Source: Stegostoma tigrinum
Taxonomy: Eukaryota
NCBI RefSeq assembly: GCF_030684315.1
Contig: NC_081400.1
Location: 8,127,464-8,191,463 of the forward strand
Length of the DNA stretch: 64,000 bases
Reading direction: 5' to 3'
The number at the start of each line of letters is the position of its first letter. The stretch's first letter is position 1. A program made the translations under genes and the position numbers. Of this stretch, positions 55,660 to 64,000 are shown one piece after another. The notes beneath the pieces are model-generated. The model ran no database searches and had not been told where the DNA came from. It saw only the letters and a list, made by a program, of their open reading frames with translations.

Positions 55660-55962
55660 CTGTCTGGTATGAATAGTTTTCACTGATAAGATGTGTTGTT
55701 GAGTTGATTTGAATTGAGCAAGTACAAACAAACCAGTTGCTATGCTTGCTTACTTCGACTCCGATTTGACTGCTGACACTATATATACCGTCATGGATTA
55801 TTATATCTGTGTCAATCCATTCCTCCTTCGCCTGTGACGAAACATTCCAGCGAATGGTAAGGTAATTCGAGGCTGCACTGCTCATGAAGCACATCAATGG
55901 GATAGTTTGCAGTGAAAGAATTTCATCTGATGGTGAGTGTAAGAGTGTTATTGTCGGGGAAC
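55660..55962 (-). CDS. Copy B exon 3: C1-set-like Ig constant domain (GSPTITLLHSPSDEILSLQTIPLMCFMSSAASNYLTIRWNVSSQAKEEWIDTDIIIHDGIYSVSSQIGVEVSKHSNWFVCTCSIQINSTTHLISENYSYQT)
   Basis: Acceptor ctctgcag|, donor |gtaac, 303 nt, phase 1-1, after a 92-nt intron. Light-chain-like PxxxLLxxPSxE A-strand, LxC, IxW, YSVSSxI E-strand and F-strand TC. Confidence 0.9.
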
Positions 55963-56054
55963 CTGCAGAGTTTTGTAGGTAAGATGTATTTAAAATATAA
56001 CATCGGTATGTGGGTATTTACTGCGAACTGATAAGCAACAACGCTCATTCTTAC

Positions 56055-56390
56055 CGACAATGAATAATTCAGATCCTTTTCCAAATATGAAGGATGATCC
56101 ACTAAACTTCTTAGCAGCGCAGTAGTACATGCCTGAGTCTTTTATTTGCAGATCATCAATAACAAGAGTATAAATAGTCCCTTCTTCGTTAACCTCTCCT
56201 GAAAATGTTCCGTTTGGACGCGTATGTTTTAGAACGGTGAAAACGAGCTGTATGTGTTTTCGTTGCTGGTATTTATACCAGAAAATAGTTCCAGCTGCGA
56301 GCCATCCCGTGTGGCAATGCATCTTACATTTACTTCCAACTGAGGCAGTTTGAACTGTTGGAGTCTGCAGGTACGCTGCCTGAGAGACAA
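56055..56390 (-). CDS. Copy B exon 2: germline-joined V-J Ig domain (VSQAAYLQTPTVQTASVGSKCKMHCHTGWLAAGTIFWYKYQQRKHIQLVFTVLKHTRPNGTFSGEVNEEGTIYTLVIDDLQIKDSGMYYCAAKKFSGSSFIFGKGSELFIV)
   Basis: Acceptor ttctccag| and donor |gtaag, 336 nt, phase 1-1, open frame. V-set hallmarks: B-strand Cys, WY, LxI, DSGxYYC, and a J motif FGxGSxL in the same exon. 64 residues separate the two core Cys. Confidence 0.93.
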
Positions 56391-56839
56391 CTGGAGAACA
56401 GAATGTATTACATTAATTTCTTGTGTAGTAGGAAATCAAGAAAAAATATTATAGCTCAAAAACTCCCAGGCAATGAAAACTGTCTTCTGTGTTGTTCATC
56501 TTGTATTCTTGGAAAAGTGATGGTCCCCTGGACACACTGCAAGATCACACTGCAAGATCACACAAATAAAATAAAGACAAAAGAATCAGCTAATCTTTTG
56601 TTTTGTGATTGTACTGAAGGGTGTTTTTGTATTTGGGCGACGTAATGAGTTCCCCTGCTCTATTCCAAACGTGCCTGTTATGTTAGAACATTGGCCTTTT
56701 GTAATAGACCAATAATAACTTTAATTGTTAACGCGACATTAATATTAAATACTGCCAGATTGAACGTGCCACAAGAATCATCTTTTTAAGTGATTTTACA
56801 TTCGTAATTAAGCCACAAATTTATGAAAGATAATCTTAC

Positions 56840-56882
56840 CGGGCAACAAATGAAAAAGCGCCAGCGGAGTCAAGAGGATCAT
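56840..56882 (-). CDS. Copy B VJ-C1-TM-ITIM IgSF receptor, exon 1 (leader): MILLTPLALFHLLP(V)
   Basis: ATG at 56882, 43 nt of hydrophobic coding sequence ending G|gtaag (phase 1), typical of Ig/TCR leader exons. A homologous stretch lies at the same place in copy A (17124-17159). Confidence 0.8.
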
Positions 56883-58579
56883 TGTCTGCGATGAACTTAT
56901 TACTTCAAATTTCACACTGATGTTTTGTTTTTCTGCTTTATTGTTTGCATGATCCAGAGCAGAGCATTTATGTAAGATAAGTTTAAGAAATTGCTACTTT
57001 ATCAGAAAAAGAAGACGTGTGGAAAATGTAACGTCATGTAAATGATATTTGTGGATTTCCTGTTTACGCATTAACTGCGTGCAAAGAATTGACCCTTGAA
57101 AGGGCATTTGGTTAAAATTTGGTTTGATAATGCAGTAAAAGGAAATGTGCCGCCCGCGATTGGAACAGAAACGGATGTTGCAAGTTAATAACATGGCAAT
57201 GGTGTTATTTTGAGTACTGCGCTTTATATTAGCCTGCATCTTAACCAAAATCTGAAAAAAATTACGCGAGTTCAACTGAAACTGATTTAATGAAGATGAA
57301 TGTTATATTACATGTCCATGCACAGTTCCAGCAATATGTGAATTTCTCACACCCGTTTGGTGGTTGAAAGAGCTCTTTTCCTATTTCTGTGTTAGCTTTC
57401 GCTGAGAAGGCCACCATGAAGCTTACCGCGCATCATATCATAACATAACGGCCCAAAGTAGAGAAATGAATTCCATCTTCAAAATGTTTTCCATGTCTGA
57501 ACTGGAGGAATACTGCACGGTTGGAGTCGTACTCCTATGTCTGAGAGACTAAGATGAGACGCCAGCATGTACTATCAGAAAAAAGAGACAGTGTATCTGC
57601 CCAGTTAAGTTCACTGGCTACTCTCTCGCGCACAGATCCACAAGGGCAGACAATGCATGCATAAGAGTAATCTCCCCACCTCAAATTATCCTACGAAAAC
57701 GGCAGTCATTTTTTAAATAGAAAAGTTAAGGTAAGTTATCCGATCCGTTTCAAGTTACTCACGTGGAATGGCTGCAACTGACATCGTCCACTCAGTGTGC
57801 AGTCGTCACCCCAGGAAGGATACTCAGCGAGCTTCAGAATTGAACAACATTCTCTAAGGATTTCAGGGCAGATCAAATTCCAGGCACAATGTATAAACAA
57901 ATCAAAGAGGAAAAGTTTTTTTTTCTTCTGTATTAAGTCAGAATTGCCTTGAAAGTTTCCAGACGTGGATTCAACTGATTTCAAATCAAATAGATCCGAA
58001 CAGTAGGTACATCAAATGCAGTTCCTGGGATACTTTGACAGGAAATTGAAACAGTTGCGTTGAAGGAATTTCATGCTCATCTGAATTCCCACTCAAACTA
58101 AAAAAAATCAGAATGGTGACAACAAACTTTCAGAGTTAGTGATATAAATAATAAGTTGTGAATGCACTGAACTGAATTGCATATTTAAACAAGAAACCTT
58201 AATGTAAGCATTATAAGGTGAATTGACCCCTTTTCGCGTTAATGGTCCTATTGCCACTTACTTCACTCACGGCTGGTAGATTGTCCACAATTATACTTTC
58301 CCATTTTTATTCTCGTCATAATCCGTGATTAAAAATCTGAATATGTCTCCTTTAAATATAATTAACAACACAGCCGTGACAACATTCTACAGTTGAAAAA
58401 AAATCTTCAGTTTCACTTCTTTATGAGCAAAAACAAAACTTCTCATCTCTGTCTTAAATTCGTGAGCACTTATTCTAACATTATGCCATAGAGATAGTTT
58501 TTGTTTTTGTTAAAGGCACTGGGAAAGTAATCCAGAAAAAAATGGGGAAAATGCGTCCGACTGAGTTTCGGCTCGCTAA

Positions 58580-60545
58580 GGTTTCGGTTCCCTAAAAGCA
58601 CAATGATTCTTGCCTTCGTTAGCCAAGGCATAGAGATTAAGATGGAGTGTGTGGCGGCGTGAGGGGAGGGTATGCTGCAACTCTAAAACACGTTGGTTAG
58701 ACCACTGTTACAGTTCTGTGCTCACTTCTAGAAGCCACATTATTGGAAGAATTTTATGGGAGAGGAGACTGAAGATTTATCTCGAGAGTGTCAGTCATGA
58801 AGCGGAATTGGACAGATGGGGCTGTTTTTCTTACAACAGAAGAGATTGCCAGGGGACGTGATTCCATGTATAAAATTATGAGGCACATGAAAGGGGTAGA
58901 CAGGAAGACACTTTGTTTTTCATTGTTGGAATGAACAATTTCTGAAGAGGCAGATTTATAAAAGAAGCAATGCATTTTGAGGAGTTGTGAGAGAAAATAT
59001 TTTCACACAGAAGATTGTGGGAATTTTGAACTCACTGACTGTAACAGTGTCAGAGGCAGAAACCCCTACAGAAAGTAATAAGAGTTTAGATGTGCAGTTG
59101 TGATAGTTGTTAATGTGCACATATCTTTGTAAGTTGAATCACAGGTAGATGGGATGGTAAAGAAGAACTTTGGCACACTTGTCTTCGTTGGTCAGAGTGT
59201 TGAGTATAAGAGATGGGACGTCATGTTGCCATTGTACAGGTCATCAGCCAGGCTAGTACCACATGCAAGTCTGGTTGTACCGCTATAAGCATGAAATTAT
59301 TGTACTAGAAAGGGCGCAGAACAGACTTACAAGAATGTTACCGAGACAGGAGTATTTGTTTCAAAAGGAGGCTGGACTGGCTGGGAGTCGTTTACACTGG
59401 AGGTTGGGTAGTTGAAGGGTGACCTTATAGTGGTTTATAAATACATGAGGAGCATGAATAAGGTGAATAGCAAAGGTTATTTCTTTTCCCCTAATGTTGG
59501 GGCATTCAAAGCTAGAAGGGATAAGTTTAATTTAAGAAGAGAAAGATTTGTAAGGGACCAGAGGGGTACTTTCTTTCATACACATTTTTTTGGGGGAATA
59601 AACTTCCAGAATAAGTGGTATGTGCAGGTACAGGTGCAACATTTGACGAATGATTGGAAAGCTTTCGAAATATGCAGTTTAGAATGTCAAATCTGGTGGT
59701 CGGCATGTCGGTGATGAACCACAGCTCGCAGACTGTATGAAACATTAAAATATCACACTATCATTTTCACAGATGATAGCACTGCTAAATCCCACTTGAT
59801 GTTCATTTTCCCCCAACTGTACACTTTCTAAAATGTCTAGTTCATCCACATATATTAATAAATAGAAACATTATACATAAATGTGTGTGGAACCGCAGGT
59901 GTTCAGGGAGATACTGAACGGGTACTTTGCATCTGTGATTTCTGTGGAGAAGGAAATGGAAGACAGAGAACGTTGGGAAATGAAAGAAAATGTCCATTTT
60001 ACAGAGTATGACTTGCTGAGCATCTTAAAATGCATAAAGGTGGATAAATCCTGCACCCGATCCATTTTATCTGAGAGCTCTGTGGGAAGCGAGGAAAGAG
60101 ATTGCTGGGTCTCTTGTAGAGATAGTTCTCCCATCGGTAGGCGCAGGTGAGGTGCTGGAAAACTGGAGACTGGCTAAAGTTATGTCACTATTTGAAAAAA
60201 AGATGTTCAGGAGAAGCCAGGGATCTGTAGAGCTGTGAGCTTGACATCAGTGATGGGCAAGTTGTTGGAGGGAATCCTGAGGAACAGGATTTACAAGTAT
60301 TTGGAAACATAAGACACAGTCAGCATGGCTTTGTGCATGGGTAATTGTGTCTCACTAACTTGATTGAATTTTTTGGAGAAGTAATGACGATGATTGATGA
60401 GACCAGAGCAGTGGATGTGGTCTACATGAACTTCAGTAAGATGGTTGGCATCGTTCATCGTGGTAAATCTGTTAACAAGGGAAGATAACATGGAATACAG
60501 GGAGAAGTGACTATTTGGATGCAGAATTGCTCAAAGGTAGAATAG
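58580..60545 (+). mobile_element. Cluster of degraded CR1 fragments
   Basis: GDLIVVYKYMR, CVEPQ..EILNGYFASV and DVVYMNFSK remnants. Confidence 0.75.
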
Positions 60546-62220
60546 AGGGTGAGGCTCTGGAGCAGTGCGGGTGTGGTGGGGCTGGAGGGGAGTGTGGAGC
60601 AGACAAGGGAGTCCTGGAGACAGTGGTCCCTCCAGAAAGCAGGCAAGAGTGGGGAGGGGAAAATGTTTTTGTTGGTGGGGTCGGATTGCAGATGGTGGAA
60701 CTGTTGGAGGATGATGTGTTGGATCCGGAGGTTGGTGGGGTGGTATGTGAGGATGAGGGGGATTCTGTTGTGGTTGTTATTGCGGGGAGGGGGTTTGAGG
60801 GATGAGTTGCAGTCAAAGCAGGAGACATGTTCGGGGGTGTTCTTGACCACTATGGAGGTCAAGTTCCAGTCCTTGAAAAGCGAGGACCTCTGAGATGTAC
60901 AGGAGTGGAATGCCCCATCCTGAGAGCAGATGCAGTGAAAGCGAAGGTATTAGGAATAGGGGATGGCATTTTTGGAGGAAGCTGGGTGAGAGGAGGTGCA
61001 TTCTAGGTAACCATGGGAGTCGGTGGGTGTGAAATGGTTATCAGTTTCTTGGTAGTTGCCAGAGATGGAAACAGAGAGGTCCAGGAAGGAGAGAGAGGTA
61101 TTAGAGATGGTCCAGCTGATTTTAAGGGTGGGGTGGAAATTGATGGTGAAGTGAATGAACTGTTTGTGCTCCTTGGGGGAGCATGAGGTGGAGCCGATAT
61201 AGTCATCAATGTAATGGAGGAAGAAGTGGGGTTTGGGGGCAGTGTAGTTACGGAAGAGGGATTGTTCCACATAACCTACATGTACACCTACACCTACCCG
61301 CGTACCCACTCTCTCCGTGACTCCCTTGTCTGCTCCACACTACCCTCCAGCCCCACGACACCCGGCACTTTTCCCTGCAACTGTAGGAAGTGCGACACCT
61401 GCCCCTAGACTTCCCGTCTCACCTCCACCCCAGGCCCTAAGAAGACGTTCCACATCAAGCAGATGTTCACCTGCACGTCTACTAATGTGGTATACTATGT
61501 CCGCTGTTTCTGTTGTGGCCTCCTCTACATCGGGGAAGTCAAGCAGAGGCTCGGGAACCACTTTTCAGAGCACCTATGCTTGGTTCGTACCGAACACCTG
61601 CACCTCCCAGTCACAAAACATTTCAACTTCCCCTCCCAATCCTCAGGCGACATGTCCATCCTGGGTCTCCCGCAGTGCTACAACAATGCTACCCGAAGGT
61701 TGCAGGAACACAAACTCATATTCCATTTGGGAACCCTGCAGCCCAATGGTATCAGTTTTGACTTCACAAGATTCAAAATTTCCCCTTCCCCCACTGCATC
61801 CCAAAACCAGCCCAGCTCATCCCCACCTCACCAACATGTCCTTCCTCCCACCTCCCCCTCCTCCCACCTCAAGCCACACCTCCATTTCCTACCTACTAAC
61901 CTAATCCTGCCCCCTTGACCTCTCCATCCTCCCTAGACTGACCTATCCCCTCCCTACACGCACCGTTACTGGCTCCATCCCCACCTCTTTATCTTGTCTG
62001 TCTCCTCTCCACCTATCTTCTCCTCTAGCCATCTTCCCCGCCTCCCCCTCTCTCCCTATTTATTTAAGAACCCTCTCCCCCACCCCCTTTTCTGATGAAG
62101 GGCCTAGGCCTGAAACATCAGCTTTTGTGCTCCTGAGATGTTGCTTGGCCTGCTGTGTTCATTCACATCCACACTTTGTAATCTCGAGTTCTCCAGCATC
62201 TGCAGTTCGCACTATCTCTT
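60546..62220. mobile_element. Penelope-like element with inverted 5' part (60546-~61300 minus; ~61305-62220 plus)
   Basis: Minus-strand YIDD RT motif (60950-61309), plus-strand GIY-YIG ORF 61463-61918 (NVVYYVRC..CGLLYIGE) and a hammerhead terminus at 62092-62120. Confidence 0.88.
62092..62120 (+). ncRNA. Minimal hammerhead ribozyme core in a Penelope terminus
   Basis: CTGATGA-A-GGGCC-TA-GGCCT-GAAA-CATC matches the CUGANGA / stem II / GAAA core. Confidence 0.6.
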
Positions 62221-64000
62221 AACGAGAAAGTGATTGCTTTTTTCATGTGAAAGAAACATTTTAACAGCATATGGCATCATGGAACCACAGCAAACTAGCA
62301 CTTGAAGCTTACTATCTCCACTGGCCTTGCGTAAAATAAATCATTCCGGTTGTTAGGGGTCCAAATGATCTTCAACAATGAGGAATGAGTTTCGATTCCT
62401 AGAGACTTCTTTCCCATTCAATATAGTCATGGATGGTTTGAAACTCCTCGCTTCCATGTTCCTGCTGTTTCCATGTAATCCTAGATTCCTCTACTGATTA
62501 AAAATATGTCCTCCCACAGATGTCCTTGCCAAGGAATTCCTAAGACTCACACCCTTTTAGAGAAGAAATAGATCCCTATTGCAGCCTTAAGTTGGCGACA
62601 ATTTATTCTGGGAACATACCTTCTGGTTCAAGACTCCGACATTTATTTTCTCACACCTCAATTATTCTCTCTTCTTTCTATTTACATCCATCCGTTTTCA
62701 GTACAAATGACATTAAGACTTAAGTGCGCTGTCATTTACTTTGGAGAAAGCAATTTTTTTCTGTTCTCAAGGGTTGAGAATGCAAGTTGTACAAGATAGC
62801 ATCAGCCGGTACTGGAATTGAGCCCAAGGCTTTGTACCACCCTGCATTACAATCTGATACTCGAGCGAACTTGGCAAACTGATGCCAGGCCCTTAACCAC
62901 TTACAGAGCCATAATTACAGTCATCAAGGTTTGTCTTTAGTTTACCATTTCCTTTTCTTCTATCCAAAAAAAAATCCATTAAATCTGGAATCAATGTTGA
63001 TTTTGTATTTAAAGAAGGGGCTCTCGACTCAAAATATTTTCTCTGATCTCTCTCCACAGATGCTGCCGGACATACTGAACTTATCCAGCTATTTCTGTTT
63101 TTTTTTATGTCTGATTTATAGCATCGACAATTCTTTGTTACTTTCCACCCTACTCTGACAATAGTGCGAACAATTTCATATTTACCACTCCAAGATTTCT
63201 ATATACCTTCGTATTCATAACTGATATTTTATCTGGCTTCCTGTAACTATTTTTAAATTGGTTCAAAGTATTTTTAAAGTTGCAATAAGGCCATAAAAAT
63301 GGCTCAAAATTTATCTACAGCCATAGGAGCTTTTCATGTCAAACTTATTCCAGATGCAAAGTTCTAAGAACTCAAACCCTTCGCTCATTCCACTCATACA
63401 TTCTTCTGCCACATCTCACTAATATTCTAAGTGAAGTATTTCATCCCTCATTTGGATATGCCTGATATAACTTGAGCTGCGAAGTGTCCTTTGATATAAA
63501 CATGAAACCTCCATGAAGATCTCAGTTTCATGGCTTTGCCAAAGTAACGCCAGCTGCCACTTTGTTGTGATATCGACAACTCAAGTCAAAGGTTCGACTT
63601 ACAACACAATTCTTTCCACTGTTCATGGGAAACATCTTGGAGATTGTTCACTCAAAAGCTCTGGATGAAGCATTTTAAAATTGCCCATCTTCTTCAATTG
63701 CTAATAGTAACTTAGTTTCTTTTAATAAGCCTTGTATGTATGAAGATATTTGCCTGTAATGGTCGATCAGGTCAACAGTAAGGAAACATTCCGAAAATCT
63801 ATGACACTGATTAAAACTGAATTAACCTTACTGATAATGATTAACTTTCATAATCAATAACCATAAGCTATTCAGTCTGTCATGAAATGCAGGCAAGAAA
63901 AAAAAAAGGAAAAAAAGAGAATAATTGCTTGCTTTTCTTCCTGAATGGGGCTTTAAGGCAGGAACAGGATACTGATTGTGGATGATCGGCCATGATCATA

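Noticed and set aside
55660-56390. Conventional rearranging Ig light-chain or TCR locus
   Set aside because: V and J are fused, no heptamer-spacer-nonamer was seen at the junction, the J-C intron is ~90 nt, and the C exon ends in a donor leading to TM/ITIM exons.
57427-57476. Leader-like MEFISLLWAVML before a gtaag donor upstream of copy B
   Set aside because: In-frame TGA before the donor and wrong phase. At most a 5' UTR exon.
1-64000. Prokaryotic systems (CRISPR, operons, retrons)
   Set aside because: The sequence is vertebrate, with spliceosomal introns. All RT motifs belong to LINE, Penelope or LTR elements, and no repeat-spacer array was seen.

Overview
Eukaryotic, AT-rich, repeat-dense genomic DNA, most likely from a shark (elasmobranch), inferred from HE1/V-SINE-type SINEs, CR1 LINEs with (TTCTATG)n tails and Penelope-like elements. 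Most of the window is transposon-derived: several CR1 LINEs (one near full-length at ~20250-24142), Penelope-like elements and their short termini with minimal hammerhead-ribozyme cores, decayed Gypsy LTR elements with integrase upstream of RT, and SINEs. Among these on the minus strand are two tandem paralogs of a non-rearranging, antigen-receptor-like immunoglobulin-superfamily gene, which the ORF track shows only in fragments. Copy B (41248-56882) assembles by hand into six exons with canonical GT-AG sites and consistent phases: leader, germline-joined V-J (YYC...FGKG), C1-like constant domain, uncharged TM, cytoplasmic exon and an ITIM exon (ILYAQL), giving an intact 297-aa ORF. Copy A (6128-17159) has the same architecture (ITIM ILYASL) but is a pseudogene. 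Exon models are manual predictions without transcript support, and orthology to named families cannot be established from this window.
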